Position numbers and translations under genes: made by a program. A stretch of DNA of 64,000 nucleotides, from the NCBI RefSeq assembly GCF_025526975.1, contig NW_026515691.1:1-64000 (forward strand), given 5' to 3'. Positions 22,600 to 36,500 of this stretch are shown here, one piece after another. Under the pieces are notes generated by a model, which saw nothing but the letters and a program-made list of their open reading frames with translations, made no database searches and was not told the DNA's origin. This DNA comes from Fimicolochytrium jonesii. Lineage: Eukaryota. Each line of letters opens with the position of its first letter. Position 1 is the first letter of the stretch.

Positions 22600-24713
22600 C
22601 TACTGCGCGGTGTGTTTGGTGTCCCGCAGCCTGGCCTTCATCTCGAGGGCCTTCATCTTGAAATCCCATTTGCGCTCGCTGTCCAGCCTGCGTCTCTTGG
22701 CGTCCGCGCGCCGTTCCTCAAGCTCCAGCTGGAATTGTCGCTCCGCGGACTCCCTGGCAAACCGCCGCTCCTCGAGCTCCGCCTCCCTCGCCTCTCGGCG
22801 CTCCTCAAGCTCCAACTGAAAGCGTTGACTGGCCTCCTCTCTGGCCAACCGCCTCTCTTCAAGTATCTGCTCATCCAGCGCAGATTCCCTTGCCATGCAG
22901 CGCTCCTGCATATCCATTTTGAGGCGAGTTCGGTCTCCCCGGCCCGCCATCACATCACTGACGACAGTCATCATCCCGGATTTCGCCCGGGGGCTGCGAC
23001 TACTACCTGCCCCGCTCTTCCCGGCCTCGTCATCCGACGTAACGGGGTCCGCGAGATCCAATACGGCGGAGCTCTTTCGCTTCCTAGTGGCTTTCGTAGT
23101 CGCCTGCGCGGGCGTGTGCGGGGTGGACGCTGCCGGGCTAGCGGCGGTAGACAGACTAGTTCGCACCTGGTACAGGGCCTTACGAGCGCTGGAGAGGGGT
23201 TGCGCGCCAGAGGCCTGCCCCCCGGATGCCGTGGCAGGCACGACGGGGGTAGCGGGGACCACCGGAACAGGAGTGTTATGATCTCGACGACGGGGCGGAA
23301 GCGAAGTAGAGAAGACAGGCCGAGTGTGATAGGCGACAAGAGATTGTATTGGCGAAACAAGAAACAAGGACTAGACCAGGGGATGAGAAGAACTGGTGTT
23401 GATCTGCTGGGGAGGAAGGGAATGGACGAAGAGAGGCCGGCTATTTATAGATAGGCAACCCAGCAGATCAGAGAACAACAACAACAAGAGGGGACTGGGG
23501 GGCGCCAGCTATGCTCCTAGAGCGTGCGTGGCGAGCGTAGAGAGCATTGCTACAGCTGCTGGCTATGGGGAAGCAGTGGGGGGTGTGGAGAAGCCGAGGG
23601 GGGATTGGCGAAATGAGAGGAGAGAGGAGGAGTGGCGATATTGCAAGAGGATTGGCGAAATGAGAGGAGAGAGGGGGAGTGGCATTGACATTGACATTGA
23701 CACTGACATTGACACTGACATCGACATTGACATTGGCGTTTGACATTTGGCGGTTGACATTGGCGGCTGTCAGTAGGTAAGCTTATGGTATGGGCGCGTC
23801 GTCCATAACAAGGAGGAGCGGGTGTATCATGACTCTGCAAACCGCTAGACGGCCCCCCATTGGTTGGGGACTCCCCATCGCTGGCCGCGGACCCCTCCAG
23901 TATGTCCTCCAGGGCCGTTTGCAACTCCATACGCGCAAAATCTCCCAGTTGGAAGTGAAGCTGCGACCCCAGCTGCTCCTGCGTGTCTGGCGGCGTCTCT
24001 GGCGGCGTCTCCGACGGGTTCTGCGTCTCGGACTGCGTGTCCTGCGGCGTTTCATGGGACCACGCGGTTTCCGAGTCCTCCGGCGTCCCGGCCTCGTCCG
24101 GCGACTCACAAAGCAAAGGTGACTGTGGCGCGGCCCCTGGGACCAGCGCGGCGGCAAGGTTCGAGGGCAAGATTGACGAGGCGGCCATTGACTCCTGAGA
24201 CCCTACCGAGTGCAGGGCCGTTGTGCCAGCGCGGGACCAATAAGGCTCGAGCTCAAAGAAATACCCGAAGATCTTGACGATACAGGCCTGTATGTTGGGG
24301 GTATTCCTCTTCTCCTCCTCCGTGAGACCCTCCCCCGTCTGATTGAATCGAAACTGGGCCCCCTTGAACTTCTTATCCCACTGTGCAAGCTTGTTCTTGA
24401 TGCGAGTCTCGGTCATGTCCTTTCGGTTCTCATACATGAACATTTTTATCTTCCGAATCACGTCCGTTCGCCTATCCTTCTTCGAGCGGTTGACCCCATT
24501 GGCGTCCGGGGTGTCGCGATGCTGCAGGGCCTTGGAGTTCTCGCCCGTAGAGAGCCAATCCACCAAGAGCGCCTCTTCTTTGTCGTCCCAAAAAGCGTAT
24601 GCACCGTCCGCCCGCTGCTTCCCCGCAGCGGACTTTGCGCTTGGCTTCTTTACCCGGGGCTTGCGGGCCCCGGGAGCCCCGGCAGTAGAGGGTCCAGCGT
24701 CAGCAGACGACAT
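22600..24713 (-). pseudogene. Harbinger ORF2 Myb/SANT-like (trihelix) DNA-binding protein, interrupted by a solo LTR
   Basis: N-terminal 'FWDDKEEALLVDWLST...IKNKLAQWDKKFKGAQFRFNQTGEG...FGYFFELEPYW' and a C-terminal Glu/Arg coiled coil. Removing the solo LTR plus one TSD (542 bp) restores a 523-aa frame (HDTPAPP|VPVVP). Confidence 0.85.
23274..23810 (-). mobile_element. Solo LTR (537 bp) of a related but distinct chromovirus family
   Basis: TGTTATG...CATAACA termini and 5-bp TSD AGGAG (23269-23273 and 23811-23815). Shares short blocks with the other LTRs (AAGAACTGGTGTTGATCTGCTGGGG, CGGCTATTTAT, CGCGTCGTCCATAACA) and contains a (CATTGA)n-like microsatellite. Confidence 0.92.
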
Positions 24714-25279
24714 GGTGTCGGGGGCGATGGGGGGGTGTACGGTGAGGGGGGTTCGTTGTTGGTGCGGGCATGTAGGCGGAACACCCCCAGGGTCCTGAAG
24801 ACCCCAGGTTCGCTGGAGGCCTTTTTGCTGCTCTCCCCCGGAGAATCCTGTTTTTCTACACCCTGGAGTAGCGGAACTGGGGAACGGGGGCCTCACTAGC
24901 CCCAGAAAATCGGGAGAAGCCCGACAGATCATCGGGACGTGATTGGGGGGAGCCTGCGCGCACGAACTCTGGACGCGTCGCGAAACGCGCTCGCAGTTTC
25001 GCTAATCTCGCGATTATCTGCCGTTACTGTTTTCGATTATTGGGGGCTAGTGAAACGCCCTATTGTACACTCCGCAAATCGCCAGCGAACGCGCCTGACA
25101 AACTGGCGAATGGGGTACTCCGCTGTGCAACACAATAGTGAACTCATCTCGATGACGATTTGTACTTGGAAACTTTACATACACCATATGACATTATGAA
25201 CTTTAGACACAAAACAGGCAAATGCAAGTGAGGGAGAAAAAAGCGTCCTATGAAACCGTCCTATGAAACAGTATCAAAA

Positions 25280-26458
25280 TCAATCGTCTTTATCAGACTG
25301 GTTCCTGAGCGTTCTCAGGGGAAGGGCAACGGGACCAGCAATGACATCGCTGTCACGCACGAAGGGTCCCTTCTTGTCGGTGCGCGCCTTTGATGTAATG
25401 ATTCCGAACGTGTTGCCAATAACGCCGTCGGGAATGTCCGCGCTGCCGTCTTCCTTCAAGTCGGTAAAGGTGACGGCGAGTTGGTTGACCCAGGCGACGT
25501 GGACCTGTTGATCCTTCTTCTCCTCTTTCTTGTCCCAGTAGAATGTCACGCTCTTTTGGTCCTTGCTGATTGTGGCGTTGAGTTGGGGAAAAACGGTGTA
25601 TGGGATGGGGGGGTTGGTGTCGGGACACTTCTTGATGTAGGGCGCATTGAGGGTATAAGATTGCGACTCGGTCAAAGGCGTGTCGAAGTTTGCGTTCAGG
25701 GACTGTGCAAAGTGCTGTCAGCATGTGTTGCAGGTTCATCGCGTCAGGAGAATAATTGAACTTACGTTGAGCTTGCGAGCACTACGGAACCGGGCATTTT
25801 GTCGAGCCTCCGTGGTGAAGATTTGGTTTGACGTCAGGATGGAACTCCTGTTGTTCAGCTGGAATGTGAAGCCCAAGTAGCCTGCCTCTCCAACACTTAA
25901 TAATAAAGGTTAGAGAAAGTCTTACACCCTTGAGAAGGCTCGCGTAGATACCTGGTAACGATGCTCGAAAAGTTCAGGAACTCGTCGACAGTTTCAAACT
26001 TGGGAAACTGATACTCGCATGGCTTGGCGCCCTTTCCTTTCAGAATTTGTTGCAAAACCGCGGCATGCTGAACTTCCTGGTCGCGCATAAACTATAGGAT
26101 GGTGGGATTACGGTGAGACTCGTTGCGGATGATGACAGCTACCGGAATGGTATTTGAGGCGAGCACGTACCTTAAGATCATCCACAAAACTCGCGCCGTA
26201 GCCTGCGTCCTCCCACTCTTTGGGGACAAAGATGTCAATCCCAAGATTGAAGAGTTCCAGCTCCAGGAGCTCGAAGTTCAAACCGAGCTAGGAACGAAAT
26301 GGGATGTTAGATCAAGGATGCTGAACAGGTTCCGATGGCTGCCAGACGCTTACGTTCAATCTGTCGAAGTCAGCCTTGTTGATGGTCGGTGCCGCCAGCG
26401 CTGAAATGGCGCACGCAGCGGTGCAGGCCAGTGCGCTCGAGATCACGGAGAACTTCAT
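25280..26458 (-). CDS. Secreted ferritin-like (Rds1-type) protein, multi-exon
   Basis: Signal peptide 'MKFSVISSALACTAACAISALAAP'; 'LELLELELFNLGI', 'DQEVQHAAVL...PCEYQFP', 'GEAGYLG', 'IFTTEARQ', 'FDTPL...IKKCP..N', 'VIAGP', as in fungal Rds1/Ferritin_2 proteins. Confidence 0.8.
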
Positions 26459-27570
26459 TCTGATGAGTTTTGTATTGATGTGTTGGTTTCAAGGGAAGTA
26501 TATGAAGGCTCGCGGGCGGGTTATTAGGCTTGATAAAGGAAATTGAAATGGGAGGACTGCTCGAAGAGCTGCCTTTTTATAAGGATGGGATGCTGACAAA
26601 GGGCTTCGGGACGGCGCATCAACACCTCAGGTCTACCCTTATGACTACTAGTGTTGAACCGTTTTGGCTCAAGCTGGTCCAACGTCATGATGCATTCATC
26701 GAAGGCTGAGGATTTGTGAGGGATGCCAAGAGGGATTCCTGTCAGGCTGTCAGTCCGCCGATTGACGCGAAAAAAATGGCCGAGTTAATCCACTGTAACA
26801 CGGTTCGCGTTACGTTGAAAATTTACAAGGGAGCCGTCATAATGATGAAGTACAGTATATCCGTATCGTAGCGGAAGAACCAGTCTCTGATAGATTTAGA
26901 GCGGTGACGGTCTTATGAGTGATGGAACTGACGGTAACCTGACAACGTCAAAGGGATCTGCGTAGTCTTTTGCGGGACGGGGCTCGCAGGAACTTCCGAA
27001 GGATTTGGCGCGACATGCGCCCAAAAACTGTCAATTTACCCGAAATTCCGAATTCGACACCGCGACAGAAATTGGTAACCACCGAGCTTGCAATTCCCAG
27101 TGGGTGGGAGAGAGGAAAGTCCGCGCAAATAAAAACGTCACGTGACAAATTTGGGACCCAACGCAGCTCTCGCACCTTTCTCGAGAGTTCGACTTCCGAC
27201 TGCCATTTTGGTTCCATTTGCCTCTGCGATCACCCTGTTTCTGTCATTACCACCTTCATCCCAGACAAGTCGGCGGTCCTCAACTTGCACCCAGGTAGGC
27301 ATCGGGCTTTCCTCTCCTCAGGCTTCTGTCTCCTTCGGCTCATGTCCCGTGTGAATCCGAACATCATGTCTGATGGCGTCCCACTTGTGTCATCATTTGA
27401 AATCATACACTCACAGCGCATCTCTCTACTTCTAGGCCCTTTTTCCGACCAGCACTCTACTGATACTGGTTGGCCTGTATTCATACACATAGAAGTCTGG
27501 CAAAATTTAGACTCATTCAACCCAACGAGGCTTGTGATCTAGTCGTTGAAGGCGCTTGTCGTTCAACACC

Positions 27571-30500
27571 ATGGCGCGCATCAAGCGTAGCCCACATAAA
27601 AGGGTGGCGGCGCTGGTACGTAATATTTCGGTGATGCGTACATATTCTGTGGGGATGGTGTATTAATACTTGTCAATTCTGCTCAAAGCCGGCAGCCGTC
27701 AGTGCGTATATCTCCACCCTCGCGGAGGCCCCTGAGGCGGATATTCCACGTCATGTGAACGAAGTCGAAGTCTGGCCGTTTCCAAAGACGGATTTTCATC
27801 ATTGGATCCCCGTTCTCAATCGGTTCGACTCGATTTTGGAAACTCTGAATGACCAGTATGATATGAAACATATGCAAAGCAAACCCTTCACGGCGGAACA
27901 CAAAATCCTACTACTCGCAATATTGAACTTTACAACAAGCCTCTGGAAGCATTGTACAAACCGGAGTTTATACAACTCTTACGAGGTGAGCTCAGCGTAT
28001 TCATGCTGGCATCCTTTGCGAAGTGAGTTTCTGATGTGTATGGTTCATCAGCATCTCAGCGAGCTGATCTACACTGGAGATTTGGATGTGCTGTTGGCAA
28101 CCGTCAAACTGGTGTACCGACCCGCGCAGCGATTGGGAAGTCAACGATCCCTGAGAAACACACTGGGCACCGCCCAAGAACGGATCAATGTTTTGGCGCA
28201 GCATTGGGGAACAAAGCAGCTCGGATTGGATCTCGAACAGCTGGCGCAAGACATCGACATCCCGGCGGAATGCAAAGCATTGAATTTTCAATTTTACCGA
28301 ACAGCTGCGAGTACCGACACCACGGCTGCGGCGGACAATCGGCTGGCTACAACGCTTGCGCTCAAGCCCCCACGCACGCCTAAGCCTGCAGGGGAGGCTT
28401 CGGTAGAGAAGCAGACGGATGGTCTCGTTGTCATCAATGTTCCGGACGTGGCTGGGGCGGGCAAAACGGATCGGGAGCTCTTCATGGAATTGGCGGAGCA
28501 ATATCGAGTGCCTGAGGAGCATAAGTTCTCTTTGCTTCAAAAGATTCGACTGGCGATGGCCATGGGCGACTTGCACAGCCGTCGGAAGATGTTGACTATC
28601 CGAATTCTCGCCGTCGCGGTGCTGGTCATACTGGGCAGTGAAGACACGATTCAGAGCAAATTGTTCACTTTTGAACCGGACCTCATACAAAGACTGGCAG
28701 ACATGTTGCAAAAGGACCTGGGCTCAACGGTATGCACCATTTGGGCTTTCTCATCTGGTTCCCTGAGGCTGACTATGTTACCCGGTAGTCTGAGGTTCAG
28801 GAATTGCAAGCAGCATCTTTGTACGCATTGGATAGCTTGGCACACCACCGCGCGCGCTTGAGCGAGATACTCACCGCTGTGAACGCGTCGGCAAACCACG
28901 GCATTCTCATGTTCGTACTCCGGAAAGTTATTACTTCCTTGGATGCACCTGGTATGCGACCTTCCGCGGTTCTCCGCTTGTGGCTCTTACTAAATTTGAA
29001 TTACAGTTTCAGATTATACGCAGGAGTACATAGATGCGTTGTTCGGCTTTGTAGCATACATCGCGTCGACACAATCCGGAGGGAACATGATTATTACTGC
29101 GGGAATATTGCCCGTTCTTGTGCAGTTAATGATGAACACTCGACAGGAGCATATAAAGGTCCGTTGGATCTTTAGCAACGTCGCAGTCCCTCACATTTGA
29201 ACTTACCTGCTACCACACAGTCTGTCACGAAATGCGTCCTGTTGCTCGACAGTCTCGTCTTTGGCTTCAGTCCGTCATTTGCCGCATTCGCTGCAGCCAA
29301 TGGCTTGGAAAATCTGGTTCAAAGGATCCAAGTGCGTTCAGGGTTGTGTTGTGTTAGCTTGCGGCGTGAAGGATGCTCAATCTTTGTATAGGACGAAATC
29401 GGCATATGCATAAGCTTGGCACCGAGTGATCCGATGAGTATCGTCGAAGATTCAGGCGCGCAGAGCGCACCAGCGGGCACAGGTGGGATGCAAGGCGATA
29501 TTGGCAGATGATCACTGTGAAAGCATGCTCACTGGACTCTAACAACAGATTTGCCTCACGAGCGGACGTCTTTGCTGCGTGCGTTGTTGAAATTCGTGTT
29601 GCACATGATGCAGACGTCGGGGACCGCAGACCGCATGCGGAACTTGATCGAGACCACATTACCCAGCTCGTTGCTCACGATATTTGAGCAAACCAAACTT
29701 TTTGGGGCTAGCGTCTTCGGTCTAGGTATGTTTGAGAGGTCATCGCGATGACCTACCTGCTCCTGATTAGCTTGCTGACTTTGCACTCTTTCAGCTGTGA
29801 ACATTATGTCGACCTTTATCCACAATGAACCGACGTGTTTGTCGATCTTGCAAGAAGCGAAACTACCTGAAGCTCTTCTTCATGCGGTGTCGAAGGACAT
29901 ACCGGTTTCGGCGGAAGTGATATCGGCTTTACCAAATGCTTTTGGCGCAATATGCCTGAATCAAGCCGGATTGGATCAGTTCAACGAGGCAAAGCCGATC
30001 GAGAAGTTCCTTCAGGTCTTCACTTCCGAGGAGCACTTGCGAACCTTACAAGACAATGATGTCCCGCATCTTGTCGGAAATTCCATGGACGAGCTGATCC
30101 GTCACCATCCCAGCTTGAAGGAGTATGTCTTGTCGTCCATCATCGGAATGCTGAAGCGGGTGGTGGAGATGGGAGAGGACGCTACACCCGACGACCAAGA
30201 AACGTCGACCTTACGCACCGTTAAGATGACGTCAAATGCCTCGAAGACGGATGACAATGCGGAAGATGAGAAGAAGGAACCGCGCATCGCGCAATTTATT
30301 CATCTGGTTGCCAGGGTAAGACCTTTCAATGCATTGTCGGACTTCCATGTAATACTCATGCCGTCTTCTCAGTTTTTGGAAGGGCTCTTCCAAAATGTAG
30401 CGCACTGCAAAGATTTCATCAAAATGGACGGCGTACAGATCCTATTGAAGTGCTACACCCTTCCGACCTTGCCATACGATTTCTCCTCTTCGGCGTCGTC

Positions 30501-33500
30501 GTATTCGCTGTCGTACCTGTTCCGCGTCTTGATCGAAGTCAACTCGCAGCCGGTTGTTACTCATATGCATGCTGAGATTGATCAAGCACTGAAGGACGCT
30601 GAATCTTTCATCAACCACGAAGGGGATGAAGGAATCATCATCCACTACATTGATATTCGAGGTATGTGAAGTCGAGTATAGGTTTCCGCCCAGAAGACTG
30701 ATAAAAAATGCTTCTTCAGACGATGACATCGATCGCAAGGAGAAGGGTCAAAAGATCCTCCGCACATTGATCATCCTGCAGGGTTTCATCCGACTCATTT
30801 CCGACATCTACTGCACGCATATCTTGACGCATAGCAAGAGCGTCTCGGGATTGATTCAGACTTTCTCCGGAGAGATTGGATCGAAATTGATCAAAGCTTT
30901 CGGAGCTCTCTATCGGTGAGTGACAGCCATAATACCTTTGGACTCTGCGGTTCGTAAATTCTCATACCTTTTCTCATTCCAGCACATGTCTTTGGGAGAA
31001 TCTTCTTCTAAAAGAAAAAGTGCCGAAGCCTTGGTATCAGTCCGCCTCGAAAAAGCACGAAAGATCTAGCATTACCCGCGGGTCGATGGCGAGCTCACTG
31101 CTTGACGTTGACGTGCTGGACTCAGTCTTGGACGCCAATACGACTGGAGTCCCTGCGTCGAATGAGGAGGGGGCGTCGGCGGAGGTTTCGGACTCGAAGG
31201 ACCCCAGAGTCAAGAACACTCGATACTTCAAGCACCTTCTGTCGCAAATTCCCACAGTACTCACTCCACTGTTGCAAGGCATCTTGAAGTTGCTTACCGC
31301 ACGGCGTATCACGGAGTCCTCAAATCGGAAGACGAGTCAAGTGGTTATCGACGGTATTGCATCTCTCCTGCGTGATCACCTCATGTGGGACCGTCCAATG
31401 CGCACTACTTCTATCAACAAGTACAACTACCTTTCTGTCGTTCTTGGCTTCATGTCGGTTCTATTTGTAGAGGGTACTTGTCCCGCCTTGCTGTCATCTG
31501 ATTCAACCGTGTCCTTACTGACATCTATCCTTCAGAACGCACTTCTATGGCATTGAATACGAACTTGGTTGTTGCATTCCACAAATCGGGCGGCACCAAA
31601 TGCGTCCTCGAGGTGTTTGAGAGTTTGTGGGATAGAGCTACCGAGCTCAGTGGATCTGGACAAAACAGCCTCAGTGAAGACGACAAGGCAGTTTTGGCGA
31701 GAATCCACGGCGCAATCGAGATTTCTTTGAGCGTTCTGCAGACACTCGCCAATGGAAAGCTGGTTCACGAGTCGCCTCTGACGGCCAATCTGAGCAGCCG
31801 TGAAAGGGACAAGGCATCGCCCGACTACTTCGATCCACACGACTATCTGGTGGATGTCCGTACCCAAATGGCGCCACTGGTTCTTCGCGTATGGCGCAGC
31901 AGTTACCTCGACCGCGCACCCGCCAACATTGTCAAGGGCGCTCTAATCATCGTGACGCACATCGTTAAGGGAGAAGGAGAAACTAGCACGAAGACCGATG
32001 CGTCCGGGTCGCCAGCATTTCCCTTACTCGCGTCCAGCATTTTCAGCCGGCTGCCTCAGCCGGTTGCCGTTGACGAAGACAAGGTTCAGCAGTTGGTGGA
32101 CATGGGTTTCCCTAGGGCCGCTGCCGAAACAGCGCTGACTCGATGCGGAAATCATGTTGCACGGGCAGCCGAGTATCTGTTGACTCATCCAAGTGTTGTT
32201 GCTGCTGCAACCTACAACTCAGCTCGAAGCAATGCCAACGGGACGGGAGCGGCGGGGTCAAGCGAGACACCTGCAGCGCCGTCATCTTCGATTGCAGCAC
32301 AGACAACCGAAGCCTGTGCTAATGCCGATCATTCTGGAGCGGATGCTGCTGCGACACAATCCGAGGCCGTTCCGATGGACACGGAAAGCGGCGCTGAAGC
32401 AGAAGATCTGGATGAACTAGCTGCAGCGTTGGCTATGTCAATTGAGCAGCCTGTACAGAGCATATCTGGTGAAGCTGCCGCGACGGAGGGTGCTGGTGAT
32501 GCAATCGCCATGGAGGTTGATCCTCCAGCAGAGCCTGCAGTTACGGAAGACAAAGGCAAAGGAAAAGCCCCGGATATCAACATCTTGGAAGCGGCTCGTC
32601 ACGATCTGAAAGAGGAAATTCCCATTCGATGCCTGCAGTTACTCGACAACGTCGAGGATGTCATCTTCCAAGTCAAAGAATTGATCTGCTTGGTTGGAGC
32701 CGCAGACATCCCCAAGACCATCGATCTTCTTGTTACCGACATCGAAAAGCACCGTGAGGCTGCTTCAGTCGCTGGGAAGTCCTTAGCTGTTCGATTACGG
32801 TTGTTCGCCTTGGTTGTCAGTGATAGCACTTGGCAGAAAGTAGCTATCGAGTCGTGTCCTCGCCTTTTGGACAGTCTCTTGAAGATGACCAAGTCGGATG
32901 GCACAAATTCGCCCTGGTTGCCCTCTGTTCTGCTCGTCTTGGAATCCTACATTTCTCTGTCTGACGAGCCGAAACCTGCAGACGCGAAAGGCAAAAGTAC
33001 AGCGGAGAGTTCTGCGGGAAGTCCTCACCGACCGCTAAATGCGGTGGAGAGGATGGAGCTGTTGACAACACTAGTGTCTCTCATGCGGTTGGAGAACGTG
33101 GATAAAGAAATGCTTCATGCGGTGTTGCGTTTGACTGTTCGACTTACACGCTTCCATGGACTGGCCGTTGAATTCGCCCGCTTGGAAGGAATCCCTTTGC
33201 TTTTCGAACAATCCCGAATCGGCTTGTTCCAAGCTCAGCCTGCTATGACTGTCATGATCCTCCGTCACGTCATTGAGGACTTCAATGTTTTGAAATCGAC
33301 AATGGAAAGGGAAATCGCAAACTGGTTCAATTTCCCACGCCAAAGAATGATGGACATCAGCAGCTTCGTCAAGAACAACAGCCATTTAGTCAGCCGCGAT
33401 TTACAGGCCTTCATATCAGCAGTAGCTGATACATGCTTCCTGCCACGGTTTGATCCTGCATCGAAGACGTCTGTCATAACCCTCAAGCCGAAAGAAGAGG

Positions 33501-36500
33501 AGAAAACCGATGTCTCCCCTCCGGAGGAAATCACTCTCGAAGGCGTGGAGAAACCGTCGGAGCCACAGCCGATGGACATCGAAGGCCCAGCAGCAGTTGA
33601 CCCTAACGCCTCGATGACCAGTGCGCCAACCATTGAGCAATTGAAGAGTCTATATTTGTCGGATGTTTCCGAGACGGTAGTGCAGTACTTGGTCAATGAA
33701 GTGCTAGCTCTCAAACATACTTCCGCTGGGAGCCCCACGCTGCAGACCCTACCGTCAGGTTCTGGAAGCGACGCGAAACATGCGGAGGACAAGACTGCTT
33801 CCAGCAGCACTGACGGGTCCATCTCCCCAGAAAGCGTTCACCTAAAGCGGTGCTTCTTACTCCAATGTTTGTCGGAGCTCGTTGTTTCGTATCCCACCTG
33901 TAAAATCGACGTCATCAATGCGACTCAAAAGCGATTGAAAGGAACACCGCACAAAGGATCGTCAGGCCGTAATCCGTTCCTGAATCATCTTCTGCATGAT
34001 CTCCTTCCCCATTCGATCAAAGCCCAAACGGAATCACCACTTGACTTGGCCATTCTGACCCCTGAACTACAGAAGGACTTCATGGAAAGCCAGTGGACAA
34101 TCAGCGTTATTTCTGGACTCTGCTTGGGCGTTACAGCGGATCTTGCGGAAGAGCGGAAATTGTACCCAGATCTGGCGCATGTCAGGCGCTGCGTATTGGA
34201 TGTTATCGCACGATTCCTGAAGGATGCTGTTAACCATGCCGACGTTCCTACACAAGTGCGATACTCGAGGTTCTTCGCGGCAAGCGACCTATGCTTCAAG
34301 CTTCTGACGGCACGTGGTCCCGCGAGAAGCACGACTTCGCCAGCAGCAGCAACACCGGAGATGGATGACATCCCGACCCATTTGGCTCGCGCAATGATGG
34401 AGAAAGGATTCGTGACGCTGCTGACTCAGGTCCTTGCGGAAATCGATTTACATCATCCCGAGAGCAAGAGACTCGTTAGTGCAGTGCTCAAGCCGTTGGA
34501 ACTGCTAACCAAGTTGGCCATCAAATTGGGCAAGACTGTGGAAGCTCGTTCCACGGTCAAGGCCGATGCTGGTGGTGCAAGCGCTGGCGGGGTCGTCCCA
34601 ATGGAGGAGACTAACACTGAGCTTTCGGACATGATCCGCAACTCAGCGCTTGGGATGTACAATGCGCCCACAAGCGACGACGAGATGGATGAGGGCTCCA
34701 CAGGTGACTCGGAAGATGAGGATGGTTACGACGACTTCTCAGAAGATGACCTCACTGGTGACGAAGATCTTGACGATGAAGAGGTGAGATACGGATATCT
34801 CTCCCGGGAAACTCCACGCTTGATATTGAATCTTCTCCCTAGGGATCTGATGTTGACGACGATATGGAAATTGTTATGCCGCAACCTTACCAGGGGAACC
34901 CAGACCCTTCGACAGAGGACGATGAGGATGAAGATGACGATGATGATATGGACGACGACATGGATGACGACTTAGGCGATGAAGAATTCGACGATGATAA
35001 CGAAGACGACATTGTTGAGGAAGGGGATGAACCCGATGAGTCCGATGCCGAAATGTCCTGGGACGACGGTCATGTCGAGTATCATGATCTGACCCCAGAC
35101 CGGAGAGTGTCAGAGGCACATAGTGATGCCCACCAACACGATCATCTTATGGACGCACTGGCTCCTGAGCGGGCTCGTTTAGGTCATGACGAAGCTCACG
35201 AGGAAGCCGACCAAATGGATTCTGATGGAGACGCTCCCGAAGTCATTGACGATGAAGACGAAGACTCCGAGGAGGAGGACGAGGACATGGTTGATGACAT
35301 GTACGACGACGACAGATTCGTCGATGGGGAGGAGGAAGAGACTGCATTCTTTCCTGTCGGGGGTGGCCCGGGATTGGCACATCGAGGATTCGGCCTTCTT
35401 CAGCATTCGCGCGGGTCTCGGCCTAGGCGAATCGCCAGAAGACAAGTGATGGAAGTGGATATGACTCCGGGAGGAGGTGTTGACATCCACTGGGTGCCGG
35501 AAGACGGAAACATCCAGTACGTGGATGGAGGTGATTTCCAGGTGTTAGGAAGACCACTTGGAATGCGTCAAACGGGCAACGAAGACATCATGACGCATCC
35601 ACTCCTGGTGAACCAAGCTCCTGCTCCAACAGCCGAGGCGCGCTATGGGATCACCGACCGCGCTCGCGGCCCTGCAAGCATTCGCGCGGGTGACGTACTT
35701 GATTGGCAAGCGTTCGACAACATGATAGGAGGGAACGCTCTGCAAATCCTCGAGCAGCTATTTGCTCGAACTGGAGCTGCATCTCAATATCGGGTGGAGG
35801 TTCCTGGGTTGCCTGACATGACTGGTAGCATCGCCGCTGGTGGCTTAGTAGCAGGTCTACCACTACCGGGGAGAGCTGCAACGCTACCGGTTTCGACACC
35901 TGTGGCCGAAGGTAGCAACTCGCAAGAGCAGAGCGTTCAGCGCACAGCGTTTGAGGAGAGGATTGCTGTCATCCACGGCTTCGCTCCGTTAGGTACTAGT
36001 GAGCGCTGGTGGCAGGAAGCTCGGTTGATGTACGGCACTTCCGTCAATGACAAAGGCATCAGGGCAGTGGATGCGGTTGTCGAGGCACTCAAACCAGCTG
36101 CAATGGAGGCGGCACAAAAGAGGAAAGAGAAAGAAGAGATCGAGAAGAAGCGACGGGAAGAAGAAGCCGCCAAGCGGAAAGAAGAGGAGGAACGGAAGCG
36201 GAAGGAAGAGGAGGAACAGGAGCGTTTGAAGAAAGAAGAATTGGAACGGCAGAAACGCGCTGAAGAAGAGGCTACCGCCGCAAGTCGGGTACAAGACGAA
36301 GCGCACCCATCCGCGGCCCCGGATATCCCAGCCGAGCCTGAAGTACAGGAAGCAAGTGCCAGCCAGGAGTTACGAATCGACACAAATGCTGCTCCACCAG
36401 AACGAGTGATAGTAACTGTTCATGGCAATCCAGTAGACATCACAGGTTAGTTGGCCCGTTGGAAAAGGATCGCAAATCGATATGTTCAACTCAATATATT

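Larger units (their letters stand above)
13021..25061. mobile_element. PIF/Harbinger DNA transposon (about 4.1 kb after removing three nested LTR insertions)
   Basis: Perfect 18-bp TIRs: AGGGCGTTTCACTAGCCC (13021-13038) and its reverse complement (25044-25061). 3-bp TSD ATT at 13018-13020 and 25062-25064. Convergent DDE transposase and Myb/SANT-like ORFs inside. Confidence 0.92.

Noticed and set aside
23683..23737. Hexamer repeat array as a CRISPR or a coding Cys/Gln repeat
   Set aside because: It is a simple (CATTGA)n-like microsatellite inside a solo LTR, with no spacers and a eukaryotic context.
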